A stretch of DNA of 63,861 nucleotides, filler included, from Hausera hauseri (taxonomy: Eukaryota): the NCBI GenBank assembly GCA_046269625.1. It is 11 parts of 11 records of this genome, joined end to end, with 100 filler letters (N's around TTAATTAATTAA, not from the genome) between each part and the next. Parts side by side here need not be neighbours in the genome. Positions count along the whole stretch, not along the records: positions 45,886 to 54,639 come from JBJURY010544342.1; positions 54,740 to 59,681 come from JBJURY010384924.1; positions 59,782 to 63,861 come from JBJURY010773981.1; 8 more parts are not named here. One strand, written 5' to 3'. Each line of letters begins with the position of its first letter. Positions within the stretch are counted from its first letter, which is position 1. Under the pieces are notes generated by a model. It was not told the origin of the DNA and did not search any database. It saw only the letters and a program-made list of their open reading frames with translations. The position numbers were made by a program, and so were the translations under genes. This document shows, piece by piece, positions 47,567-59,929 of the stretch.

Positions 47567-50500
47567 AATTTTATAAAAACTGTGGCCTTTTTAGGCGAAA
47601 CAAATTCGAAAGAAGTAAATGTGAACTTACCTGTGATTCTAGACACAGCCAGCAATGCCTCTATCATTGGGATTAATACATTAAATAAATTAAAGGATTC
47701 AAGTAAGTTAGAGGTATGTTCAACTCCTTCTAAAAATGTTAACCTTCGTGGATTGGCTGGAGGGGTGAGTATTTTTTGTTTTCTCAATATATCTGTTAAA
47801 ATTGGCAAAGTGGTTAAATTTATTAAAGTGCATGTTGTACCTTTTCCCCTTCCTCATATGATATTAAGTCTAGAACATATTAAATTATTCAAATTAAGAA
47901 TAAATTTTCAAAATTTTCAGGTGTATCAATTTAAACATAATATTACTTTGAAAAGAAATCTAAACAGTGCCACTTTTAATAACTATATTGATAACCACAA
48001 TATTGTTAATAATTATACTGATATTATTGATTTTTATGAACATTCTTATAACAGTAATCCAAATAATTTTGATGAATCCAATGTATATGTTTTCCCTAAT
48101 AATGACTTTGAAAATGAGTATACTAATAATCTAAATGGAGAGTTATATGATAATAATATTGATTCAAATGGAGATGTTAATGAAAATAGTTATAGTATTG
48201 ACCCAAATGAAAATTTTTATGAAAATGAGTACAATATTAATTCAAATGAAAGATTTTGTAATGATAATAGAAATGATGTATTTTATAATGATGAACAAAC
48301 TAATTATGATGGACCTAATGTGTATTATTTTCCTCCTAATGAGCAAACTGACTTTCCTCCACAAAATTCTTTTGAAGATTCCTTACCTATTTATGATATT
48401 CAAAATTCAAAACATAATTGTGATGAAATTCAGTATGTTCAAGAGGATCCATATAATGTTGATCAATATATTTATGATATAAGCCATTGTGATGATATAA
48501 ATGAATATTATGGAAATCATTACCATAATCCTGATATAAATATTAATTATAATGCATATTATGGATATAGTGATGAACTTATGTTCAATGAAGATAAATG
48601 GAACTCAAACGAATATATTAAAACTCAATTTCACTATAAGAATTATCCTAAAGACTATTTTCAAACTTCTAACTATAATGACTATAATACCAGAAGAAAA
48701 AGATATAAGAATTATTATTATTTGAATAATAGAAATTCTAGGAATTCCCATTCTACTAAAAATTATCATTCTAAATATAATATAAGAAAGAATACCTGGA
48801 CTAATCAGAATTATGTCAAAAAACATCATAACAATTCCTATAAAAACAATCATATACTATGTTACAGTAATTATTATAATGATCCGAGAGTAAATACTTC
48901 CAATGATTACAGTAATTATTGTGATAAAAGACAACAGGTGTATGTACCAATTCCAACATCCTATAATGCTCCTACATGTAAGAGAGATCAGATACAACCA
49001 AACTTAAATCAGAATGTTAATGACCCTACTTATAATCAAAATATTGAACTTTGTGAATCTATTAAAGAGCCTAAATTAAGAAAATTAGTTCGAAAACACA
49101 TTAACGTATTTGCAAAAAATAAATTTGACATAGGTACTTTAAATGTAAAAATACCTCCAATTAAGTTAACTTCTGACGCTCCAGTTGTCTGTAGGCCATA
49201 CAGGGCAAGTCCAAAAGATGAAATGGAAATAAAAACACAATTAGACGCTATGCTAGCCCATGATATCATAGCCCCCTCTTGTAGTAATTATGCAGCCCCT
49301 GTAACTATGGTTTATAAGAAAGATGAGAAAGCTAAAACAAGATTTTGTATTGATTATAGAAAATTTAATAATGTTGTCCAAAATGATTCAGAACCCCTTC
49401 CTCGAATAGACTCAGTATTAGATAAATTGCAAGGAGCCAGATACTTTTCCACTTTTGACTTAGCGTCGGGATACTGGCACATTAAGCTTAATGAAGAGGA
49501 CTCTTCCAAACTTGCTTTTACTACTAATCATGGACTTTTTGAACCAAAAAGATTACCATTTGGGTACCGAAATTCCCCTGCTCTGTTCCAACGGGCCTTA
49601 AAACATATTTTAAACAAATATAATGTGATCTATGCTCTTAATTATTTCGACGATATAATCATCTATTCCCAAAATTATGAAGAACACCTTGAACATTTAA
49701 ATAACTTCTTTCAAATATGCCATTCTGAGAACATTAAACTTAAGCTTTCCAAATCCCAATTGGCAACTAACAAAATAAAATTTTTGGGATATGAAATCAC
49801 TGAAGGAACATGCACCCCAGCTAATGCTAATATTGAAGTCATACAAAAATTGATCCCACCAAAAAATGTTAAAGAGTTACAAAGATTTTTAGGCAGTATT
49901 AATGTATATCACAAATTTATTCAAAATTATGCTAAAATAAGAGCCCCCCTCAATAAGTTGCTTAAGAAAAACATTTCATGGAATTGGACAAAAGAGTGCC
50001 AAGATGCCTTTCAAAATTTAAAAGAAACCTTGATCTCAAAACCCATCTTATCATTGTTTAACCCACAATACCCATGTCATATGTTTGTCGATGCTAGCCA
50101 AATTGCAATAGGATGTGTTTTAAAACAAACCCAACCTGATGGTACAATGCTCCCAATTGCATACTATTCAAGACAATTAAAGAGCTATGAAAAAAATTAT
50201 GCTATCACCGAACTTGAATGTTTAGCAATTGTCGATTCAGTAGACAAATTTCATTGTTATGTTCATGGGAATCAGTTCACTGTACACACAGACCATGCTG
50301 CATTAGTATGGCTCAAGAAAATAAAAAACCCCACTGGAAGACTCTTTAGATGGTCACTAAAACTTTCAATGTATGATATGAATATCCAATATAAAAAAGG
50401 AACCACTAATGTTGAAGCTGATATGCTAAGCAGAAACCCAATATGCTATTATCTTAATATACTTCCTCAATTACCTTTATTAGATGTAACAGAAATACAA

Positions 50501-52357
50501 CAAGCCCAACAACAAGAAAATATATCAAATATCACCAACCCAAAATTAAAATTAAGGCATAACCTATGGACCATAAAGAAAAAAGGACTTACAAAAATTA
50601 TTATTCCTACATGTTTAAAAACTAAACTCTTGCAAGACACACATGAAAGATTCGGCCATCCAGGCATTCGTTCTATGTTAGAGCTCATCTCCCCTCAGTA
50701 TTACTGGCCTAATATCATAATTGATTGTAAAAACTATGTTAAACATTGCGAAATATGTCAACTGAACAAAAAATCAAGGCAAAAGAAATTTGGTCATATG
50801 GAATCATTACCAGAAGTCGACCAACCTTTCCAGTTAATTTCTATTGACACTATTGGCGGTCTAAATTATTATCATTCTAAAAAGAAGTACATTCACATTA
50901 TAATTGATCATGCAACCAGATTTGTATGGACCTTCCCCTCTCAAAGTGTAACTTCTAACACGTATATTAACTGTTTAAAGCAAATATTCCAGATACAAAC
51001 TCCACTCCAAATTCTCAGTGATCGAAATGCTGCATTCACCTCATCTAGATATAAGCACTTCCTAAGAAATAATAATATCAAACAATTGTTAACTTCAGCA
51101 CATAGACCACAGACAAACGGTAAATTGGAACGCACGAATCAATCAATTATTACCAGGTTAAAATGTAAAATAAATTCCCAAACAACAAATGTACCATGGA
51201 CTAGATTACTCGAACAAGTCACTCATGAGTATAATCAAACACCTCATTCTGTTACAAAATTTCCTCCTACCTACCTGATGTATGGAACCTTACCTTATGA
51301 CACTAATTTGCCTGATACAGAAATATACCCATCAGTAGAAGAAGCAAGGCATTTAGCAAAAATCAGAACTGACCAAGCTCATGCTACAAGTAAAATCAGA
51401 TATGATTCTAAATTCCAAAAAACCACATTTAAAGAAGGAGATTTAGTAATGTATGAAAACTTCACTTATCCAAATACAAGAAAGCTCGAAAGCCCTTACG
51501 CGGGACCATTTACTATTCTAAAACAAATTTCACCTATACTATTTGAAATAGATAAACCCAATCATCTTACTCAAAAGAATTCTGAAATAGTTCATTCTAC
51601 CCGACTAAGATATTTCAACCCTGCTCATCAATTTGAATTACAAAGTAAAAAGCCTAAGGTGATTTCGCATACAAATAATAATTCTAAACCTTTGTCAAAT
51701 ACCAATGTTACCAATGAAAATAACTCTAACAATTACAATCATGTTTTAGGTCAAAACCTACCTTTTGCTGATGTTGATAATTTAGATGATCTTGTAAATA
51801 CTGAAAATCCTATGATATTTTCCAATGTTAATTATATGGACAATTATGTGGATAGAAATACTACAATGAATGAAAGTATAGTACCTACTGATAATAATCA
51901 TTGTGAAAATAAATTAAACTGTTTTGTTGTAAGAAATTATAATGATGATTATGCTGAAAATAATAGACTGATTACTGATAATAAGAATTATGGATTGTTT
52001 CAAGTAAATAAGGAAATTACTATACCTAAACAATGTTATGAAAATAATCAAAGTGTTCATCAAAACAATGTCATTGGTAATAATGCAAATCTTAATGATT
52101 CTGTACAACCAATTACTACTAACATGTTTGAAAGAATACCTTCTGTTTTATCTAATGTAAATAATCAATGTATCAATCATAATAGAAATATACTTGCTGC
52201 TAAAAATAATGTTATTAATAATGCCCACACATTTCCAAATTATAAAATTGTAGATCCATCATCTAGTGAATTTAGTCCAATAAAACAAGTGAAGATAACT
52301 CAAACGTGTTCCAGGTTTTTCCAAAATTCTACTTCTCTCATATATTCCTTGGGATAA
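47567..52357 (+). CDS. pol: Gypsy Pol (PR-RT-RNase H-IN), intact, with Asn/Tyr-rich insertion and Asn-rich tail
   Basis: VILDTAS; RFCIDYRK, DLASGYW, LPFGYRNSP and NYFDD; FVDAS and TDHAAL; HERFGH..CEIC, SIDT, LSDRN, NGKLER and AGPF; 1591 codons open. Confidence 0.96.
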   Translation, partial: NFIKTVAFLGETNSKEVNVNLPVILDTASNASIIGINTLNKLKDSSKLEVCSTPSKNVNLRGLAGGVSIFCFLNISVKIGKVVKFIKVHVVPFPLPHMILSLEHIKLFKLRINFQNFQVYQFKHNITLKRNLNSATFNNYIDNHNIVNNYTDIIDFYEHSYNSNPNNFDESNVYVFPNNDFENEYTNNLNGELYDNNIDSNGDVNENSYSIDPNENFYENEYNINSNERFCNDNRNDVFYNDEQTNYDGPNVYYFPPNEQTDFPPQNSFEDSLPIYDIQNSKHNCDEIQYVQEDPYNVDQYIYDISHCDDINEYYGNHYHNPDININYNAYYGYSDELMFNEDKWNSNEYIKTQFHYKNYPKDYFQTSNYNDYNTRRKRYKNYYYLNNRNSRNSHSTKNYHSKYNIRKNTWTNQNYVKKHHNNSYKNNHILCYSNYYNDPRVNTSNDYSNYCDKRQQVYVPIPTSYNAPTCKRDQIQPNLNQNVNDPTYNQNIELCESIKEPKLRKLVRKHINVFAKNKFDIGTLNVKIPPIKLTSDAPVVCRPYRASPKDEMEIKTQLDAMLAHDIIAPSCSNYAAPVTMVYKKDEKAKTRFCIDYRKFNNVVQNDSEPLPRIDSVLDKLQGARYFSTFDLASGYWHIKLNEEDSSKLAFTTNHGLFEPKRLPFGYRNSPALFQRALKHILNKYNVIYALNYFDDIIIYSQNYEEHLEHLNNFFQICHSENIKLKLSKSQLATNKIKFLGYEITEGTCTPANANIEVIQKLIPPKNVKELQRFLGSINVYHKFIQNYAKIRAPLNKLLKKNISWNWTKECQDAFQNLKETLISKPILSLFNPQYPCHMFVDASQIAIGCVLKQTQPDGTMLPIAYYSRQLKSYEKNYAITELECLAIVDSVDKFHCYVHGNQFTVHTDHAALVWLKKIKNPTGRLFRWSLKLSMYDMNIQYKKGTTNVEADMLSRNPICYYLNILPQLPLLDVTEIQQAQQQENISNITNPKLKLRHNLWTIKKKGLTKIIIPTCLKTKLLQDTHERFGHPGIRSMLELISPQYYWPNIIIDCKNYVKHCEICQLNKKSRQKKFGHMESLPEVDQPFQLISIDTIGGLNYYHSKKKYIHIIIDHATRFVWTFPSQSVTSNTYINCLKQIFQIQTPLQILSDRNAAFTSSRYKHFLRNNNIKQLLTSAHRPQTNGKLERTNQSIITRLKCKINSQTTNVPWTRLLEQVTHEYNQTPHSVTKFPPTYLMYGTLPYDTNLPDTEIYPSVEEARHLAKIRTDQAHATSKIRYDSKFQKTTFKEGDLVMYENFTYPNTRKLESPYAGPFTILKQISPILFEIDKPNHLTQKNSEIVHSTRLRYFNPAHQFELQSKKPKVISHTNNNSKPLSNTNVTNENNSNNYNHVLGQNLPFADVDNLDDLVNTENPMIFSNVNYMDNYVDRNTTMNESIVPTDNNHCENKLNCFVVRNYNDDYAENNRLITDNKNYGLFQVNKEITIPKQCYENNQSVHQNNVIGNNANLNDSVQPITTNMFERIPSVLSNVNNQCINHNRNILAAKNNVINNAHTFPNYKIVDPSSSEFSPIKQVKITQTCSRFFQNSTSLIYSLG

Positions 52358-53855
52358 AAATATGGTTGTGTAAAATAAAAGAGTGTTACATTTTTATTAT
52401 GATTTTAAATAAACAGTAAGTAAATAAAATAATAGTTTCAAAATTGGGAAGGGTTAGGAATTAATTAAAAGTTATTTGTGAAATGCGCAGCACAGGTGAC
52501 TTGTCTGGATTTTCATGTTTGTTAATCGTGGAACAGTTGTGTATCTTTGTTGAGTTGTTGTTTAACTTTCTGAGTTCGCTCTGTCCTATGTTGGCATCAG
52601 GAAATTCTGGAGATTAATTTCTTAATCATTTGGATTCTAAAACAATATTTTAAAAATTTTAAATTGGGTTTTAGAATAAATTTTATGGTTTTTATTTGAA
52701 TGCTTTTCATCATTAAAATGGGATTTTAATCAACTTCATAAAAATCTTAATTCCTTGTATATATATAAAAAAAAAAAATATTTGTTGTAATCTATAAAAT
52801 GTTAGGCAAGTATGGTAAAGATGATGTATCTACAGTATAGCAATATTAATTCTAAATATTATTTCTTCAATGGTAACCTGTTAAAAGAATAAAGTATAAA
52901 AGCACTTAAATCAAAGTTAAGTCAATTTTATAGTTTCTTAATCATTTCATTGATAGTATTAAATTGAAAGTTATCGTGGTAGGTCTGTTTAATTTTTTAT
53001 TCAAAACAACCCTTGCTTTAGACTTCCTGTTCAAAATTCTTTCCAGGAAGGAAGTTCTAACAAGTTTTTTTTTTGTATCAATAACAAGAACCTTAGAGTT
53101 CTTTTCTAACTGGATTAATCCAATCATTTTTGGAAAAGTCGACGTGGAATGCCCTCTCAGAAAACCCAGTGTTCTGTTTGGGTCATTTTTCTTTTTTTTT
53201 GCCCGACACTGCCCCCTTGCCCCCTTAGGAGTTCTCATCCTAAATGAGACTCATTCCTTCTTGTTTTCTTTTTTTTTTGTTAGAAGCAAGAATTTTAGGT
53301 AAGCTTCATCTTTCTACATGGACGTGTAGAAAATACACAGAAACTTACCTGTAGCTCTTACTTACTGGGAAGTAAACTACAAACACTTCACAAACAACAT
53401 AAACACATTTCTTTTTACACTTTTTTTGTTTGTTTGCTAACATTAAAAATACCATGGTTATTAAATCACCAAGGTTAATTAAAATTGTTTGCATATTGAA
53501 TTCCATGTCTTTAATTAGTGTCTTTTGAATTAATGTTTGTTGAAAATTAAAATTTATGTTACACTATTAAATTATGTACAGAATACCATATAGTGAATAG
53601 TATCATATATAATTAAAATTGTATTATGAGTATATCAATGGAAATTGAAAAATGCTACTTATGTTAAGGTAGCATGTTTGAATATTTAATTCCCTTTTGA
53701 TATGTACTCCAAGATTATTAATACTTTTAATCACCAATACGTATAATGTATAGTTACTCTATGATATTTTTATTATGAATCATGTGTTTAATCTATGTTC
53801 ACTTTTTATAGTATAATATGTTTTATATGGTCAGTTAGAATTCAAATATGTAGTA

Positions 53856-54639
53856 CGAGGGTTGTTTTTTTTTCAACCTCCGATCGTGCGCTGAAATCGC
53901 CAGGTGAGCAGTAGCAGACAAATCTGCGCGGCAGACATTTGCGCACTCCCCCTACTGTAACCTCAGCCGCTTCCAAGCACCTGACGACATTTGGAGTTGA
54001 TCTGATGGCACGTAAACATGGCAGCTACAATCGATTTTCCCGCCAAGAGCGAACTGCGGAGTGTGATACGGTTTTTGCAAGCAGAAGGACTGAGTGCAGC
54101 AGAAATTCATCGAAGAATGGCCCGAGTATACGGTGAAAACTTTATGAGTGATGGTGTATTGCGTGAGTGGTGTAGGAAATTTAAAGATGGGCGAGTTGAT
54201 GTTCATGATGAACCGGGCCAAGGACGGAAGTCTGTCGCTGAAGAAGACCTCGTTGAACGAATTGATCGAACGGTTCGAGACAATCGAAGATTCACCATAA
54301 GTGAATTGTCTGATCAATTCCCTGAAATTTCAAGATCAGCCCTGTTCACCATTGTAACGGAACATTTGGGTTACCACAAATTTTGTGCTCGATGGGTTCC
54401 AAAGATGCTGTCCGATGATCACAAAGATCGCCGAATGGCGTCAGCGCTATTCTTTCTGATGCGCTATCATACTGATGGTGAAGAATTTTTGAAAAAAATC
54501 GTGACAGGGGATGAGACATGGGTTCTTTATGACACTCTTGGAATGAAGGAACAAGCAAAACAATGGATGCATTCAAACTCACCAAGCAAACCAAAAAGAT
54601 GCATTCAAACTCACCAAGCAAACCAAAAAAATTCAAAAG
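53856..54639 (+). mobile_element. Tc1/mariner (mariner-type) DNA transposon, 5' part with transposase 54018-54639
   Basis: TA followed by a CGAGGGTTGTTTTTTTTTTCAA-type TIR; HTH (RSVIRFL..AEIHRRM..VYG), WVPKML and first catalytic TGDETW. A 32-nt tandem duplication at 54566-54629 shifts the frame. Confidence 0.93.
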
Positions 54640-54739
54640 NNNNNNNNNNNNNNNNNNNNNNNNNNNNNNNNNNNNNNNNNNNNTTAATTAATTAANNNNN
54701 NNNNNNNNNNNNNNNNNNNNNNNNNNNNNNNNNNNNNNN

Positions 54740-57700
54740 CAGCCTTCCAGCAATACAACAAACCTTATGGATATTGGAAATGCGAACCATGGATTTGCGG
54801 ACAAAGAATCAAAATAACTTTCGATGTAATGACCACCTTAGATACAGGATGAATCCTAGGGATGAATGTCTTACGGAAATTACAAGGTGTACACATAAAC
54901 CTACAATCTGGATCAATTTGCCCTAATAACTAAAATATTCCTCTTACCTACGATAATGCAGACATATGGGTAGGACATGATGAGAAAATACCACCCAATT
55001 CCAGGATAGTCATATATGCTAGAACGATATTTTTAGATAATAGTGTAATCGAGTTTGTACCGAAAATCCTCCGAAACGGATTTATAGTGTCACATTATTG
55101 CGTTAACATAGTCGGAGGAACTATCCCAATAAAAATTTTAAATCCGACCCCAACATATGTCATATTATTCACAAAGATGAAACTTGTACGGGCCCTTGAA
55201 ACTACCCGTCATGAAGAATACAATAGTAAAATCGCAGCCACCTCAACCAAAGGAAAGGAAAAGGAAGAAGATGTACTTGATATTGTTCTCTCAAAAGCGA
55301 AGAAAAACTTATCAGACGAATATCTGGAAAATTTTTCCGATCTTGTTTTTGAGTATCTTGACATTTTTGCCAAAGACGAAACAGACATCGGGCGAACCAA
55401 TTTGGATAAATTCAAACTATCATGATTGAACCGTTAAAAGGAAAAGAAAGACTTGCGGCAACCCATACCAAAGTGGTACCCTCCTCCAAATGCACTCCAA
55501 AAGGAAGTTGAGGAGCAAATTCAAACAAGGTTAGACAAGGGTATCATAGAGCTTAGTCAATCGCCATGGCCCTCTCCTATAGTTATGGGTAAAAAAGTTA
55601 ATACGACTAAACACAGTGTGAAGCACTCAATGAATCATGCCTATCCGATACCTCGAATAAGACACATTATAGATGAACTAAAAGATTTCAAATATTTCAC
55701 CATATTAGATTTACAGTTGTTTTTGGCAAATCCCCGTAGCCGAAGAAGATCGGTGGAAAACTGCGTTTAAGACACAAAGGAGTTTATCAATTTACACGTA
55801 TGCCATTTGGTTTGAAAACGGCCCCCACCTTCTTCCAAGAATTTATTCGTTTAGTATTAAAAGGCGTACGAGGATTACCCTACATTGACGACATTCTTAT
55901 CGCATCCCAGACTTGGTCAGCACATTTAGTAGAATTAAAAGAAGTGTTTGATCGAATCAGGCTTGCTAAGTTAAAGTTAAATCCGAAAAAATGCGAATGG
56001 TGCAAGAAGGAAGTTAGATACCTTGGATTTGTTGTTTCTAATCAAGGAATATCCACTAGTCCTGATTTAATATCCAAAATATTGGAATATCCCCCACCAA
56101 CGAATGTGCACGAGATGAAAGCTTTGTTAGGATTGGGAGGATTTTACGCTACCTCTATACCTGACTGCAGAAATTAATCAACCCCAATATAAGTTATTAA
56201 GAAAGGATCAAAATGGGAATGGACGGAAGAGAACCAGAATACATTTGACGAGATCAAAAGGCGGATGGTAACAGCACCGATACACAGATACCCAGACTTT
56301 TCACTTCCATTCATACTTAAAACTGACGCCAGTATAAAAGCTATTAGTTATATATTAGCTCAGCAAAACCCTGACGAGACAACTGAGCATGTGATTGCTT
56401 ATGGAGGACGAAGTTTAAATTATACAGAGCGAAAATAGTCAACTATTGAATTGGAGCTGCTATCCATTTGGGATGGATTGTGACATTACGAATATTATGT
56501 TTACGGTCACAAAATTGTAATATTTACTGATCATAAGGCACTGTTATCCCTGCGTTCCGACAATAGACATGTATCAAGCCGACTCCAAAGATTGAAGTTA
56601 GGACTTTTGAACTATGACCTTGAGTATCGATATCGACCAGGAAAAAAATATGGATGCAGACGCATGATATGTTACAAGAACAACGACAAATTCAGGTCCG
56701 GAATATAGAGACTTTACAAAATCAATATCCATTCATTGTTCAAGTCAAACAATTACTCAATGGACAGTTAGTTGGTCCAGTATCAAATTCCATTCAACAA
56801 TTTTATTCAAAACACATTGAATCTAGAAATTGAAAATGGTATTTTAAGATTAATAGTCGGTGAGCGACAACTGATCATTGTACCCACACCAGAAATTAAA
56901 GATGTTATGCTACAAGAACATGACTCACTTAGCGGGCCACTTGTCCTTGAATAAGACCTTGATGCGTATAACCGCAAAATATTGGCCTCAAATGAATAAA
57001 CGTATTGAAGGATGGGTACGTTCGTGTAAAATGTGTGCTAAACGAAAAGACAGAGGGTTTCGTGTAAAACCTTTTCTGGGTAGTCTACCTGAAGCACGCA
57101 AGCCAATGGAAGTGTGTTCAATTGTATCCGATTCAGGATACAAATATATATTATCACTTGTTGACTATTTCTCTCGCTATGTTGTATGATTATCCTTAAA
57201 AAATATGACTAGTGATACTGGCGGAAGCTTTTTTCTATCAGATCGTAGCCGTACTTGGCACACCGAAACAGTTGTTAACTGATCGTGCACCTTATTTCAT
57301 CAGCGAATTTTTCGAAAAACTGTCCAAAATATTCCAATGCAAACATCTGTTAACTACATCCTACCACACTCAATGTAACGGTATGGTTGAAAGGATGAAT
57401 AGTACAATCAAAGGCAGTCTTTCCATAGAAGTAGCTCATGATGAAAAAGATTGGCAAAGCCACCTCAAAACTACAGCTTTTGCAATTATTACTACTCCTA
57501 CTAAAGGTACCAATCATTCACCTTTCGAATTAATGTTTGGACGATTACCTTTGTTACCACTAGATACGGAACTATTACCATCATCCTTACTGACAAGTGA
57601 CCATATGGATGAGCAATATCAGAATTTACTCAAACGACATGGATATTTTCCGAAAGAAGCAAAAGAATTTGAAGAAAAATACAGAGCAGGGTACAAGAAA

Positions 57701-57920
57701 CAGTTCAATAAGAAGGCACGATCACATACAAAATTGGAGATTACATAATTGTTCATTATCCCGCTGCAAAGAAAGGAAAATCGTTGAAATTAACACGTAC
57801 TGGACAAGGACCGTACAAAGTTGTTGATATGCGCCCACAGACACTTTATCTAGAAAGGACCAAACAAATACGAAGCGGTTTCTGTTCAGAGTCACTCGAG
57901 CTCCTGCATCATATAACCTC
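54740..57920 (+). mobile_element. Ty3/Gypsy pol (PR end-RT-RH-IN), heavily degenerate
   Basis: IFAKDETDIG, SPWPSPIV, MPFGLKTAP, PYIDDIL, KTDAS, TDHKAL, HHCC, LTDRA, QCNGMVERMN and GPYKV. Confidence 0.92.
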
Positions 57921-59404
57921 AGCTTGGGTAGACACTTGGGTATCATTCCGTTCATTCTAATGACAATTTTTGTAAAGATTTCAACTATGGATATCAATCA
58001 TGGCAAAATACCAATAGCTAGTACAGAATTGATTACATACGCTTCTGTTATTTATATTGACAAAAGTAGACCTAACATTTGCCTGAGGACTCACGCACCG
58101 GTATTCGTACAATACGAGGTGAATTTTATCTTTACATCAAACCATAACACATCGTTTATCTGCACCATTACTTAGAGGCATAAAAACGTGTTGCCCATTT
58201 AATTACATAACGACTTACACCTACTATGTAGTACTGAAGGTTTACCATAAAGATATTGCTACTTGGGAACCCAACATGATCTTTCATGCTCCAAATTACC
58301 AAGACATGACAACGTTAGAAACTCCACATATAGTAGAGCGCGATCCTTTCATTGCACGATTTTTGCAGAATGATATAGAAATTTTAGGTATAAACCCAAA
58401 ACCCAAAATCCCATGTATGAATTTCCGTACCACACAATTACTACTTGACAACTATGAAATTCTCATACGACTCGATCCTGTTTCCGCAGTTATAACACAA
58501 CCATATTACTGTTATCTTAAGAGAAATGATACTCGGTCATGCTGTGCATTATACCCATACATTTGGTATAAACTCCGTTTTGATGCATGTCGAACGCTGG
58601 AAACTAGACAATCAATTCGGGTACATTCCCACCGTTTACCAATTCTTTTTTCGTTAAAGCCAGACAGCAATTCCAACTTTTGCCCAGCGTACAACACCCA
58701 CTCGGACGCCTGTAAAGAAGACAAAGACATCTGAATTACAAACTACATCTGCTTTGCGAGAACCCCCAATCATGGGTAGGGGAGATGATCTGCCACATAC
58801 GTTTAAACCTAAAGTAAATCGGCATATATTCTATGGAAAATGGATGAAAGAATTTCCAATAAAATTCAAATTAACACCTTATACAGAACGATTTGAAATA
58901 ACATTTCAAAATAAAATAAATGAACGAAACATTGTGATAACGTACTTGTTCTCATGAAAAAGTTATTAAGTTGGAGACAAATAGACGGAACTTCTGCGGA
59001 AAACTAACGTCGGATACCAATTATTTGGTAAGAATAGAAACCCCGGATAACTCCAAAATTGTAGCCATAAAAGCAACCAGCAATAGATTAATACCGCCAT
59101 ATAACATAGTGATGACGATGAGAAATGGAAGTTATCCACGACTACGGCAAAGATAACCGAAATATATTTCTTACAATACTGGTGGATATTTGTAATAGTA
59201 GCAGGAGTTGGTATAATCCTTATGATGGTTGTTACATTGGGCAGAAAACCCAGATGTAAAAAGAAAGGGCATTATGAATCACATTACTCTATAATTAGAG
59301 GTAATCAACCGTGCCCACAGTTCAGTAGAATTGAGGAACGAAATGAAATTAGAAACCACAATATTTCAGTCCCAACACTATCAGACCCAACATCACTTAG
59401 ATAG
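57921..59404 (+). pseudogene. Post-integrase type I membrane protein homologous to 26711-28155
   Basis: SP LGIIPFILMTIFVKIST after SYNL; repeats KTCCPFNYITTY and RSCCALYPYIWYKLRFD; FN3-like KLTSDTNYLVRIET; TM WWIFVIVAGVGIILMMVVTLG followed by RKPRCKKK; tail YSII. Confidence 0.65.
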
Positions 59405-59781
59405 AAATCAAATTACAAAAGAGAATAAAAGTGAGGCAACGTGTACTACGTTTTGCTTTGTCCTTATATTGGCTCTGGGAATAGTCAATAAGGAATTTTG
59501 TTATTTTAAAGAGACCATAACGAATTACTTACTCGTATCCCGTCTATTGTTTCGACAAATCATGTTAATTTATGCAGCCAATAAAATAATGACCAATGAG
59601 GAGGCGATAACCAAATGTTTCAGAAATTTGATTAGTTGGCCAATTACAATAGATTTTGAAGAATATAAATGCGATGTGCAANNNNNNNNNNNNNNNNNNN
59701 NNNNNNNNNNNNNNNNNNNNNNNNNTTAATTAATTAANNNNNNNNNNNNNNNNNNNNNNNNNNNNNNNNNNNNNNNNNNNN

Positions 59782-59929
59782 ACGCATCGCGTGACCAATC
59801 ACGTGACGCGTGGGCGGATATCACGTGACGCGTGGGCGGATCACGTGACCAATCACGTAACGCGTGGGCGGATCACGTGATGCGTGGGCGGACCCCCCCT
59901 TGAGCCAGAATCCCCTTTTTTCCCCTACT
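59782..59929 (-). mobile_element. Putative second Polinton terminus (AGTAGG) with a tandem ATCACGTGA/GCGTGGGCGG array, inserted in a pPolB gene
   Basis: Minus strand reads AGTAGGGGAAAAAAGGGGATTCTGG, similar to the terminus at 3052, and interrupts pPolB at FVAH|. Four GCGTGGGCGG and four ATCACGTGA units. Confidence 0.55.

Noticed and set aside
59782-59892. CRISPR-like repeat array
   Set aside because: Contiguous tandem units without unique spacers, no cas genes, and a eukaryotic context.
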